Made by a program: the position numbers and the translations under genes
Notes under the pieces: model-generated
What the model was told of the DNA's origin: nothing
The model's database searches: none
Seen by the model: only the letters and a program-made list of their open reading frames with translations
IMG/VR virus record: IMGVR_UViG_3300025839_000044
Span: 1 to 28,488 of that record
Reading direction: 5' to 3' (one strand)
DNA length: 28,488 nucleotides
From: a virus
Lineage: Duplodnaviria; Caudoviricetes
Part shown: positions 18,940-27,542 of the stretch, piece by piece
Position numbering within the stretch: the first letter of the stretch is position 1
How the letters are laid out: each line of letters opens with the position of its first letter

Positions 18940-19338
18940 CTACGATCCCTCGGGAGTGGTCTTCCCCGCCAATTCAGCTTCGGAAGCCGGTGTAACTTCG
19001 GCCGTGACCGTCTGGCCGTAGCGCAGGCGCGTGTTGTTCACCCAATAGCCTTCGGTCGCGGACAGGACCACCAGAGCGCCCCGGGGAGGGGAGGCCGTGG
19101 CCCCGACAAGGGGTTCAAGCTGTTCGCACCAGAACACGACGGTCTCTTCGTCGTCGTGGGTCTCGGCGTAGCTCAAATTCGTTCCGGCCAGATCGCCCAC
19201 CAGTGCCGCCTTCTCATGGTGGCGGACGGTGATAGGTGCCGGGGGCTCGACTGCCGGATCAAGATACAACATGGCAGGACGCCCCATAAAGCTATGGAGC
19301 GCCGCACGTGCAGTAGCCTTGACCCGGCTGATCGACAT
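18940..19338 (-). CDS. Head-tail joining protein (FII-position, 132 aa)
   Basis: ARAALHSFMGRPA N-terminus; synteny. Confidence 0.65.
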   Translation of the reverse strand: MSISRVKATARAALHSFMGRPAMLYLDPAVEPPAPITVRHHEKAALVGDLAGTNLSYAETHDDEETVVFWCEQLEPLVGATASPPRGALVVLSATEGYWVNNTRLRYGQTVTAEVTPASEAELAGKTTPEGS

Positions 19339-19341
19339 GGA

Positions 19342-19743
19342 TCAGACCATCGAATCCGAACGAGCGTCGGTCAGGGCCTTGACCAGATCGTCTTTCAGAG
19401 CGTCGGAAGCATACTCGACTTCCAGCTCGTCCAGCTCGGCCTTGATCTCGGGCACGGTCATGTCATCCGGGGCCTTGGGCTCGCCGGTCTGTGCCTGCTG
19501 CTTCGCCGCAGCGGTCGAGCTGGTCTTGGTGTTCTTCGCCGGGGCAGCCTTGGCCGCTTTCTTCGACGTGTCCTTGCGCGCCGCCTTCAGAGCGATCAGC
19601 TCTTCGGCTTCCTCGGCAGTCGCCGTGAACGAGGCACCGGCCAAGATGGTCTCGGTCTTCGGGGGCACGGCCTTCGAGGTTGCGGTGGCTTCCTTGCCGG
19701 GCTTCTCGGCCCGTTGGATGGTGGTGATTGCAATCATGTCCAT
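19342..19743 (-). CDS. FI-position protein with an Ala/Lys linker and a C-terminal HeH/LEM-like domain (133 aa)
   Basis: DDMTVPEIKAELDELEVEYASDALKDDLVKAL; directly after the capsid gene. The start may be 19743 or 19737. Confidence 0.75.
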   Translation of the reverse strand: MDMIAITTIQRAEKPGKEATATSKAVPPKTETILAGASFTATAEEAEELIALKAARKDTSKKAAKAAPAKNTKTSSTAAAKQQAQTGEPKAPDDMTVPEIKAELDELEVEYASDALKDDLVKALTDARSDSMV

Positions 19744-19767
19744 GATGGGGACTCCGTTGGTCAGGTG

Positions 19768-19801
19768 AAAGGTGGAAACCCAGCCCCCGGGAGGGCTGGG
19801 T
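19768..19801 (-). terminator. Weak/leaky intrinsic terminator after the major capsid gene
   Basis: ACCCAGCCC-TCCCGG-GGGCTGGGT followed by TTCCACCTTT (interrupted U-tract). Confidence 0.55.
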
Positions 19802-19812
19802 CAGTCTTCAGA

Positions 19813-20898
19813 TCAGGCGACGACCCGCACGCGCGCCGTGCAGTTCGGGTTCGTCGGGATCATGAGCGGCGCGGACTGGCTCATGATGAAGCGGGCGCTG
19901 GGGTCTTCCTGATCCCACATCTTCGTGAAGATGTCCGCCACTTCGAGGTTGGCCGCGTTGTCGAGGATCGCGCCGAACGCCTTGACGCCATCCACCGCCG
20001 GGCTCACGAACAGCGCGTCGCGCGGGTCCATGATGTCGGTGTAGCTGCCGTCGTTGTTCTGGTGCTTCGAGCCGGGGCCTGCGTAGCGCCAGCAGCGAAC
20101 ACCGGAACCCAGCGTGCCGAGGTAGGTGAACGGGTTCATCGGATCAGTGCGGATAAGGCCACGCTGAATGTCCACACCAGTCGTGTTGGTGTAGCCCGAG
20201 TTCATCTTCTTCTCGATGTCTTCGGAAGCCATGAAGGGCACGGCAGCCGAGGAACCGAGAATGATGTCCGTCACCGAACCGCCGAACTCTGCGTTCGCCA
20301 CGAGGTCGATGTAGCTCTGGCACGAGGTAAACACGTTCACCCCGGCTTCGCCCCAACGAGCACCAGCACCGAGGGTGATGGTGTGTCCTGCGTCGCGGCC
20401 GAAGTCCAGAACCACACGCTGCCCGGGGCCACCGGAGGGGCCTTGGTAGGTGATGGTGATCTGACCGTCGAGGATGACCTTGGCGGCCATGTAGTCCCAG
20501 AGACGGTGGATCGCGTCACGCTGGTAGTTCGTGATGCGGATCACTTCGGCGTTGTAGCGTGCCTGCGGAGACTGAAGCGCCTGACGGCGGGACAGTTCGC
20601 CCGGCTGAAGGGCCAGCATCTCGCTCGGGCGGATGGCGTCCTTCGGCTTGGTGTAGGCAGGCTTGAACGATTCGATCCGTTCGCCTTCCCGACGGTAGAT
20701 CGGCTTACCGGGCTCGTTCGGCAGCATGAACGGCGCGATGGGGCGCGATGCGTTGATCTTCGAGAACGCGATCTGCTCCTGCGTGGAGAAGAACGAGTTC
20801 GGGAAGAACATTTCGAGCCACTGGCTCGTCTTGATCGTCTGGCGCGGGTCAAACATGACCCGGTAGAGATCAAGGGGGGTGTAAATATCGAGGGCCAT
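19813..20898 (-). CDS. Major capsid protein (lambda gpE family, 361 aa)
   Basis: WLEMFFP, FKPAYTKPKD, LDFGRDAGH and DPSARFIMSQSAPLMIP. Strong RBS. Confidence 0.93.
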   Translation of the reverse strand: MALDIYTPLDLYRVMFDPRQTIKTSQWLEMFFPNSFFSTQEQIAFSKINASRPIAPFMLPNEPGKPIYRREGERIESFKPAYTKPKDAIRPSEMLALQPGELSRRQALQSPQARYNAEVIRITNYQRDAIHRLWDYMAAKVILDGQITITYQGPSGGPGQRVVLDFGRDAGHTITLGAGARWGEAGVNVFTSCQSYIDLVANAEFGGSVTDIILGSSAAVPFMASEDIEKKMNSGYTNTTGVDIQRGLIRTDPMNPFTYLGTLGSGVRCWRYAGPGSKHQNNDGSYTDIMDPRDALFVSPAVDGVKAFGAILDNAANLEVADIFTKMWDQEDPSARFIMSQSAPLMIPTNPNCTARVRVVA

Positions 20899-20941
20899 GT
20901 CGGTCTCTCTTCCTTTCTGTCTATGACTTCCGGGTCTGGGA

Positions 20942-21391
20942 TCAGACCGTCATGGTCGTGGGTTTGCGGATGATGATGTTCGTCGGGGTGGGAGCCCCAC
21001 GGAACGCTGCGCGACGGAGGGCGTCAGTGCTGAAGCCCGCCTCCCAGACCAGAAGGTCAGGGTTGAAGACGCCGCCTCGGACGACTTCGACTTCGACCGC
21101 ACCGGCTGCTTCGCCAGTCGTGTCGATGGCATACATCACGAAGCCGATGGCCTGCACGTCGTTCGCGGGGGTGACCGCATCCAGAACAGCAGGGATGATG
21201 TTGCCACCACCGTCGAAGCCCACGACTTCGCGAGCTGCGAGGTCCATGCCGGCGGCGACCGGAAGGGCCTCGGTGTAGAGGGCCGGGGTGTCGCCAGTGA
21301 CCAGCGGATCGGGGCTGGCGTTGATGATGTCGGAAGACTGACCGGCGACGCCAGCCGTGAGGTCGCCGTTCTTCGGGTTAATCGTAGCCAT
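20942..21391 (-). CDS. Head decoration protein (gpD-like, 149 aa)
   Basis: Between the protease and capsid genes; GGVFNPDLLVW motif; GAGG RBS. Confidence 0.85.
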   Translation of the reverse strand: MATINPKNGDLTAGVAGQSSDIINASPDPLVTGDTPALYTEALPVAAGMDLAAREVVGFDGGGNIIPAVLDAVTPANDVQAIGFVMYAIDTTGEAAGAVEVEVVRGGVFNPDLLVWEAGFSTDALRRAAFRGAPTPTNIIIRKPTTMTV

Positions 21392-21452
21392 GTTGGATTA
21401 CCTCTTTGGCTTGGGGTTGCATGACGCCCCTATGGGGTCGCCGGGGGAAAGA

Positions 21453-21875
21453 TCAGTTGGTCTTCGCCGGGGCGTAGCCCGCCGAGGCGAAGATCGAGTC
21501 CGGGATCGACATCTGGTCGTTCCCTTCGTCGCCGGTTTCTGCGCCGACGTTCGGGTTGCCCGTCTCCATCGCACGCTCGAAGCCCGACTTCTGCTGGCCC
21601 TTGGGAGCGTCGCCTTTGGGGGCCACGGCTTCTTCCGGCAGCTTCGCGAGCTGTTCGCTGGCCTTGTCGGCGGGGACGCCGAGATCGACCATCATCTGCG
21701 CTGCGGCCGGGCGCTTCTTCGCCTCGTCCGAGCCCATGATCGCAGTCACGCGCTCGCGCTCTGCGGTCACGCCGTCATTGGTGCCTTGGGACTTGCCCTC
21801 GGCCAACCCGGCCGCATGTCCTTCAGCCTTTGCGGCCGAGATCGCTGCGTCCATCTGTTCCTGCGTGAAGCTCAT
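21453..21875 (-). CDS. Putative nested in-frame scaffolding protein (Nu3-like, 140 aa)
   Basis: GAGGA, 7 nt, then ATG in frame inside the protease gene. The product MSFTQEQMDAAISAAKAEG...AERERVTAIM is helical and scaffold-like. Confidence 0.65.
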   Translation of the reverse strand: MSFTQEQMDAAISAAKAEGHAAGLAEGKSQGTNDGVTAERERVTAIMGSDEAKKRPAAAQMMVDLGVPADKASEQLAKLPEEAVAPKGDAPKGQQKSGFERAMETGNPNVGAETGDEGNDQMSIPDSIFASAGYAPAKTN

Positions 21876-22766
21876 TTGTTCATCCTCTGCTTCGGCCACT
21901 TCTTGCGTGAAGATGACCATCTCTTCGTCAAGCGCCCCGATCCTATCCGCAAAACCCTGCGCCGTGGAGTCCTGCGCGTCGTAAGTCAAAGCCTCGGTGG
22001 CTCTGACATCTTTACCCTCGATCCCACGGTTCCGGGCAACCATTCCCGTGAACGAACCGTAGATTTTGTCGATTCTCCCCTGAATACGGTCTTTTACCGA
22101 ATCAGGCAACTTCTCGTAGGCATTGCCGTCAACCTTATGTTTCCCGGCGTAGATCAGGGTCATCTTGATTCCCATGCGTTCCATCGCACCGGACACGTCG
22201 ATATGCGCGGTGACGACGCCGACCGAGCCGGTGCCTCCCGAGCGCGTGACGACGACATCGGTTGCCGAGCTGGCGAGCGCATAGGCCGCAGAGTAGGCGT
22301 GATCCGCTGCGAACGCCCGGATCGGCTTTTCCTGCCGGGCCTCGTAAATCTTGTCGGCCAGCTCGAAGCAGCCCGCAACCTCGCCGCCGGGGCTGTCGCA
22401 GATCAGGGCAATGGCTTTCACCTGCGGGTCGGCAACGCCCCGGGCCAGCGCCATCTCGATATACTTGTAGCCGGTCGCCCAGCGGCCGAACTGGTAGCTG
22501 AAGCGATTCAGGAGCGTGCCTTGCACCGGAATCTGAAGCACGCCGTTGTGGACGACGTAGGGGCGGTAGGGGTGTTCGTCCCGGCCCCAGAACTCGTCTG
22601 CCTGCATGGACGCGGCCGACATACCCTCGTTGAGCAGCTTGGCCGCGTCCGGGTCCGTCGAGAGATACTGGATCGTCGAGGCGATGACATCGACCTTGGC
22701 AGGCTCGATCAGCAGTGGCTCCCCGGAGAAGGCTTGCGCCAGCGGGTGAAGGTTATTCGTCGGCAT
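21453..22766 (-). CDS. Prohead maturation protease, S49 family (lambda gpC-like, 437 aa)
   Basis: DSPGGEV, AYSAAYALAS, GSVGV and AGKHK motifs. Start reassigned to ATG 22766 (GGAGG RBS; overlaps the portal 3' end). Confidence 0.9.
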   Translation of the reverse strand: MPTNNLHPLAQAFSGEPLLIEPAKVDVIASTIQYLSTDPDAAKLLNEGMSAASMQADEFWGRDEHPYRPYVVHNGVLQIPVQGTLLNRFSYQFGRWATGYKYIEMALARGVADPQVKAIALICDSPGGEVAGCFELADKIYEARQEKPIRAFAADHAYSAAYALASSATDVVVTRSGGTGSVGVVTAHIDVSGAMERMGIKMTLIYAGKHKVDGNAYEKLPDSVKDRIQGRIDKIYGSFTGMVARNRGIEGKDVRATEALTYDAQDSTAQGFADRIGALDEEMVIFTQEVAEAEDEQMSFTQEQMDAAISAAKAEGHAAGLAEGKSQGTNDGVTAERERVTAIMGSDEAKKRPAAAQMMVDLGVPADKASEQLAKLPEEAVAPKGDAPKGQQKSGFERAMETGNPNVGAETGDEGNDQMSIPDSIFASAGYAPAKTN

Positions 22767-24447
22767 CTTGGCCCTCCGTTCCGTCGTCTTCCTGCTCTCG
22801 CGGAGTCCCGGAGGCGGCGTTGACGCTGTTGTCTTCCTGAAGCTCGATGTTGCGCAGCTCCCGCTCCTTCTTCTCGCGTTCGAGCTGGGCGTAAGTCTTG
22901 CGCCAGTCTTTGCCGAGCCGTGCAAGTTCGTCCTCGTGCGTGGAGAGACCATACTTGATCCGCAACACGGCCGCTTGTGTTTCTTTCAGCTCGTCGATCT
23001 GGCCGCGCGCCGCGCCGATCCAGTCCGCTTCCGCCAGCGCGTCGAACATGAGGTTCTGGTAGCCGTTGGTGTAGAGCTTGTCAGCCTCGGACGCAGGGAA
23101 AGTCGTGAGCATGTCCTTGTTGATCGCCTCTTCCAGCCAGAGCCGGTAGATCGAGTTCGCCATCGCGTCCGCGATGATCCGCTTCCGGGACTGCATGAAC
23201 TTCCACGTGTTCGACATCGCCGCCCGGGCGGACGAGTAGTTCGTCTTGGTGTAGTCCTTGGATAGTTCCTCGTAGGACACGCCGAGCGAGACCGCGACGT
23301 AGCGCAGCAGCGATTGCTCGAAGTCCTGACCGACGCCCTGCGGAGCCCCGGCGTTCTGGAAGTTGAGCTTGGTGCCCGGGAACAGGTGCGGGATTTTCAC
23401 CCCGTCGATCAGCATGTTCTTCGAGGCCCCGACATACTCGTTGACGGCTTCGAGGAAGTGCGAGGCGTAGTCCACCGCACCGGAGCCAAACGACCCCTGC
23501 CCGCCGCCGCCAGCCCCGAGCTGTTCGTAGACCGCCTGCGCGGGCAGCTCCGATTCGATGGTGGCTGCGTAGGTCGCCGCGAGGACGGCCTTCTGAAGCG
23601 TCACGTCCCGGAACTTGCGGGTTATCGCAATCTCCCGGAGACCGGCAGCCATGTCGGCCACGGCCCGGGTCTGGTCCACGCGCTTCTGCTCCCGGAAGTA
23701 GAGAACCTGCGCACGGCCCCAAGGCTTGCGCCACGGCACTTCCTTCCACCACTGCTCCATGCTTCCGGCCGAGCCGTAGGGGAAGTGGTAGTCGGCTGGG
23801 TGCCGGGTGCGGATGAACGCGGAGATCGGAGCACCGTAGGGGTCTTTCTTGATCCCGCCACGGATGCGCGAATCGAACTGCATGGTGGTCGGCGTCGAGA
23901 GTCGGTCAGGGTCGATCATCTGGATCGCCGTGTTGAACTCCCGGGCCTGCTGCTTCGGCCACTCGACCGTCGCCAGAACCTCGCCACCGAAGACGGTCAC
24001 GCCCACGGCCAACCGGATCAAGCCGGTGAAGTCATTCTGCCGGGAAGCGTCCACCCAATTCTGCGGGCTCTCGGCCCAGAGGGTGAACTTCTGCTCGACC
24101 TCTTCCTGAAAAGCCTCGGCCCACTCTTCATCCTTGCCCAGCACGGCCCACGAGGGCTTCGAGTTGAGCATGTAGAAGGCCCCGACGATGGAGTCCTTGT
24201 GGAGCTGCGCCCCACCTTGGACGTAGCCGTCATTCCGGCCGAGGTCGCGCGCTCGTGCGTCCAGCGTGTCCTTGTCCGGGAGCATGTCGAGGTCTGCCGA
24301 CTGAAGCGCGGGCCGCCATCCTGCGATCTGCTTGTCCATGCGGGCTGCGCCGTCATAACCGCCACGCCCCAGCGCGGCAGAAACCGGCAGGGGCGATCCG
24401 ACTAGGCTGTCAATTTCCCGCAGCTCGTGCGTGGTCAAGTCTTCCAT
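22753..24447 (-). CDS. Portal protein, lambda family (564 aa)
   Basis: ARARDLGRND, QMIDPDRL, LGVSYEELSKDYTKTNYSSARA and IDELKE motifs. Confidence 0.95.
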   Translation of the reverse strand: MEDLTTHELREIDSLVGSPLPVSAALGRGGYDGAARMDKQIAGWRPALQSADLDMLPDKDTLDARARDLGRNDGYVQGGAQLHKDSIVGAFYMLNSKPSWAVLGKDEEWAEAFQEEVEQKFTLWAESPQNWVDASRQNDFTGLIRLAVGVTVFGGEVLATVEWPKQQAREFNTAIQMIDPDRLSTPTTMQFDSRIRGGIKKDPYGAPISAFIRTRHPADYHFPYGSAGSMEQWWKEVPWRKPWGRAQVLYFREQKRVDQTRAVADMAAGLREIAITRKFRDVTLQKAVLAATYAATIESELPAQAVYEQLGAGGGGQGSFGSGAVDYASHFLEAVNEYVGASKNMLIDGVKIPHLFPGTKLNFQNAGAPQGVGQDFEQSLLRYVAVSLGVSYEELSKDYTKTNYSSARAAMSNTWKFMQSRKRIIADAMANSIYRLWLEEAINKDMLTTFPASEADKLYTNGYQNLMFDALAEADWIGAARGQIDELKETQAAVLRIKYGLSTHEDELARLGKDWRKTYAQLEREKKERELRNIELQEDNSVNAASGTPREQEDDGTEGQDADE

Positions 24448-24448
24448 G

Positions 24449-24685
24449 TCAGAGCATCCATGCGTTCAACGGCCCGGTGATCCCCGTCGGCTTGCCGAGA
24501 AGGGACTTCAGTTCCGTGATGTATGCCTGAAGACGACCTGCATTGGCAACCGCGAACTCCACACGCTCGCCGTTCTGGTCAACGAAGACCCGGGCTTGCT
24601 TGCCGAGGCGCAGGTCGTGATATGCTGTCTCTGCGTCCGCGAGGCGCGTTTCGTAGAGGGTCCGCTGTTCGGTAGTAAGGTTCAT
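24449..24685 (-). CDS. Head completion protein gpW (78 aa)
   Basis: AYHDLRLGKQARVFVDQNGERVEF...LQAYITELK; between terL and portal. Confidence 0.9.
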   Translation of the reverse strand: MNLTTEQRTLYETRLADAETAYHDLRLGKQARVFVDQNGERVEFAVANAGRLQAYITELKSLLGKPTGITGPLNAWML

Positions 24686-26859
24686 GCGAGGCTCCCTGCA
24701 AGGTCTTTGAACGAGCGCCGGGTCTTCTGTTCCGCGTCAAAGGGCTTATCGTTCACAACCGGGTCAAATACCAGATCGTTCTCGTCCCATTCAGCAGCCC
24801 AGAGCGGAGGTTCCCCTACGAGGTCGAGCCGTTCAAGGTTGATCGTCGGTGTCAGAGTAGCCGCCATGCAGTAAGCGAGCAAGTCCCAGCTTTCGTTGCG
24901 GTATCTCTTGGGGTTGAGCCAGCCCTTGTTCGGGTCTTTGACCTCGACCGTCAGCTCGGTATAGAAGTTGTCGCCCAGCCAATTCGGGAACACGAACCGG
25001 CCGCCGGGCTCCGTGCGATCTAGCCGGTGATCGACCATATCCTTGACCAAGTTCGTGTTGATGAAGAGCACCGGGATTTCCCCGCGTGCGCCTGCATGTC
25101 GGTCTTTTCTTTGGGAATCAGGGAAGTCGATCTTCACCCGGGGGGCGTTCTTGGTCGAGGCACCCTTCAGCAGAGTGAACCGCCCAGCCATGCCGTGCTG
25201 CCACTCATACTCGCCTTGGTCCTCGGTCGGGAGGGGCTTGCCGTCTTCGCCCACGGGGTCGCCGTGCCGGAGCCAGCGCACGAAGTCATAGGCGTTCGCC
25301 GTGACGCCCTCTTTACCGCCAGAGTCGCAGACGGTGAAGCGAATCGCCATCCTGCGCCCCGAGCCGTCGCCCAGCTCGTAGCTCTTCTGGATCACCTGCT
25401 CGGCCACCAGCTTCCAGTCCTCGGGATAGGCCCCGGGATTCACCCAAAGCACCTGATCCTCGCGCTCCGGGTCCGGGCGCTTGGAGTGCCGAATCTCGAA
25501 GCGGTCGATCACGTAGATGTCGCCGTTGGCCGCGATCCCGTGAACCTGCACGACGAAGCGGTTCTTCTGCACGTCGATTGAGGCGACCAAGAACCGGACG
25601 CCGACCGGAACAACCCGGTCGCCCAGATCGCGAGCCCGGGCCTTGATCGCTTCCGGCACCCGGTCGTTCGCAAGGCTCTTGGGGGTGTAGGCTTCCCCCT
25701 GATCCGTGTTGACCGTCGCCTTCAGGGCTTCCTCTGACCCGGTGCTCTCGTATTCCGCCTCGGCCGTCAGGTGGCGATGCACGAGCGTCTTCCAGTCAGA
25801 GAACGCGGCCGCGACCCCCTTCAGCCAGAACGAGGCCGTGGACGAGCGCGATGCCGTCCCGACGATCAGACCCTCGGGCGTCCAGAGCTGGCCGTCCTTG
25901 ATCCACTTGCCGGAGCGGTTCATCTCGTGCTTGCCGGGGCCGTGGCCGGGGTCGTGGTGGTAGCGGTGGTTGCAGTGAGGGCAGACCAGAGTGACGCCCT
26001 CGGCCGCTTCCATGATGTCCTCGGAGTCGGGCCAGTCCAGCAGCTCGAAGGAGGGCTCGAAGGCGTTGTGGCACTCGACGCAGCGCCAATACCAGCGCCG
26101 CCGGTCGCCACGATTATAGAGGGCGAGGATGCCGCGCGTCGGCGGGGCCTCATGCCGGGTCTTGCGCACCCACTTCGGGTTCTCCACCGCGTAGCCGGGC
26201 GAGGACTCGGCCGCGCACATGGCGTAGCGCCTGAAGGTCGTCGCGCGCTTCCGGGCAAGGTCGAAGGCGTTGCCCTCGCCGTCCACGTCTTCGGGCATCC
26301 GGTCATAGTCCGTCAGCCAGAGGCGCGGGATGGGCTTGCCCGAGAGTTCGTTGATCGTGGGCCACGAGAGCGTCAGGAGCATCCCGGAGCGGTAGTGCTT
26401 GTCGAAGGTGTTGTCGGCCGCCTTGCCGGGCACCAGCTTCTCCCCGATGGCGCGGCTATGGCGGTGCAGACGGTCGATCCGGCGCATCGAGAAGTCGCGG
26501 GCCGTCACGTTCGAGGTCTGGATCACCATCATGTCGGCCGGGTCGCTGACCGCGCTGTATCCGATCCAGTTGAGCGCCATGTCCGTCTTCCCGCACTGCG
26601 CGGGACCGGCGAATACCATGCTGTCATAGAGCAACGATTGCAGCTCGTTCATCGGCTCGACGAGGTAGGGCGTCGTGTCGTTTTCCCACGGGCCGACGTA
26701 GGCCCCGGGGTTGTTGATCTGGCGGTATTTCTCGGCCGCCTGCGAAACCGTCAGGCGTTCGGGTGGACGCGCGGCCGCAGCGGAATCCACGATCAGGGAT
26801 TCCAGCGTATTCATCCCGGCGGGTTTCCCCTTCAGCTCTCGGCGGCCAGCGATCTTCAT
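24682..26859 (-). CDS. terL: Terminase large subunit, GpA family (725 aa)
   Basis: GPWENDTTPY, Walker A GPAQCGKT, LWLTDYDRM, ESSPG, CxxC...CxxC, nuclease SIDVQ and NESWD. Alternative start at 26814. Confidence 0.95.
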   Translation of the reverse strand: MKIAGRRELKGKPAGMNTLESLIVDSAAAARPPERLTVSQAAEKYRQINNPGAYVGPWENDTTPYLVEPMNELQSLLYDSMVFAGPAQCGKTDMALNWIGYSAVSDPADMMVIQTSNVTARDFSMRRIDRLHRHSRAIGEKLVPGKAADNTFDKHYRSGMLLTLSWPTINELSGKPIPRLWLTDYDRMPEDVDGEGNAFDLARKRATTFRRYAMCAAESSPGYAVENPKWVRKTRHEAPPTRGILALYNRGDRRRWYWRCVECHNAFEPSFELLDWPDSEDIMEAAEGVTLVCPHCNHRYHHDPGHGPGKHEMNRSGKWIKDGQLWTPEGLIVGTASRSSTASFWLKGVAAAFSDWKTLVHRHLTAEAEYESTGSEEALKATVNTDQGEAYTPKSLANDRVPEAIKARARDLGDRVVPVGVRFLVASIDVQKNRFVVQVHGIAANGDIYVIDRFEIRHSKRPDPEREDQVLWVNPGAYPEDWKLVAEQVIQKSYELGDGSGRRMAIRFTVCDSGGKEGVTANAYDFVRWLRHGDPVGEDGKPLPTEDQGEYEWQHGMAGRFTLLKGASTKNAPRVKIDFPDSQRKDRHAGARGEIPVLFINTNLVKDMVDHRLDRTEPGGRFVFPNWLGDNFYTELTVEVKDPNKGWLNPKRYRNESWDLLAYCMAATLTPTINLERLDLVGEPPLWAAEWDENDLVFDPVVNDKPFDAEQKTRRSFKDLAGSLA

Positions 26860-27542
26860 ATCAGTTGCTCGATCTCGTCATCTTCACTTTCAACCCGGGC
26901 GATGGTCTCCCCGACCGTCCCGCTCTCACCCACCAGCTCGTCCATCTCTTCGAGCTGCGGCCCGGTGGCGTTCTCGTTCATCTGCTGTATCAGGGCGTCA
27001 TAGAGTTCCGCCTGAAGCCCGTCCACCAGACTGACGATGATCTCGCGCTGCTCGTCGGAGACCTCGACCCGCCTTTCGAGTGTGTCGATCCAGAGCTGCA
27101 TGGTGAACTTGATCGTCTGGAAGGTGGAGCCGAGCACGGTCCTGATCTTCTCCGTCCGCCAGAGCTGACCAGCGTTCTCTTCCCACTTCTGCCGCTTCAA
27201 CAGCGCGTCCCAGATCGTTTGTTGGAGAGCCGGGGGCAGATCGCCCCGCCGCACCGCCCGCATATACTCGGCCGTCGAGAACGCGGGCGTCACGAGGAAC
27301 GCGGCCGCCGTCGGGAGGTCGTAGAGCACGGTCGTCATCTTGTCGCCCCGGCGGCGCTGGGTCTTGACCGGGCAATTTCCCAGCTTCCGCTTTACCGCCG
27401 CCTGCTCCATCCGAAAGACGTGGGCGAGCCACGCCACCGAGACGCCCCGGTTGAGGGGGTCCGCGTAGAGGCCGCCAGTCGCGGGCATCTGCCTCTTGGT
27501 CTCGGTCAGGCGGGAAAGCCTTGTGTCCACGTCGTCGTTCAT
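26856..27542 (-). CDS. terS: Terminase small subunit (228 aa)
   Basis: HTH-like VSVAWLAHVFRM and WDALLKRQKWEENAGQL; ATGA-coupled to both helicase and terL. Confidence 0.8.
   Translation of the reverse strand: MNDDVDTRLSRLTETKRQMPATGGLYADPLNRGVSVAWLAHVFRMEQAAVKRKLGNCPVKTQRRRGDKMTTVLYDLPTAAAFLVTPAFSTAEYMRAVRRGDLPPALQQTIWDALLKRQKWEENAGQLWRTEKIRTVLGSTFQTIKFTMQLWIDTLERRVEVSDEQREIIVSLVDGLQAELYDALIQQMNENATGPQLEEMDELVGESGTVGETIARVESEDDEIEQLI

Noticed and set aside
22767-22952. N-terminal extension of the protease ORF in the track
   Set aside because: It overlaps the portal gene by about 200 nt; ATG 22766 has a GGAGG RBS.
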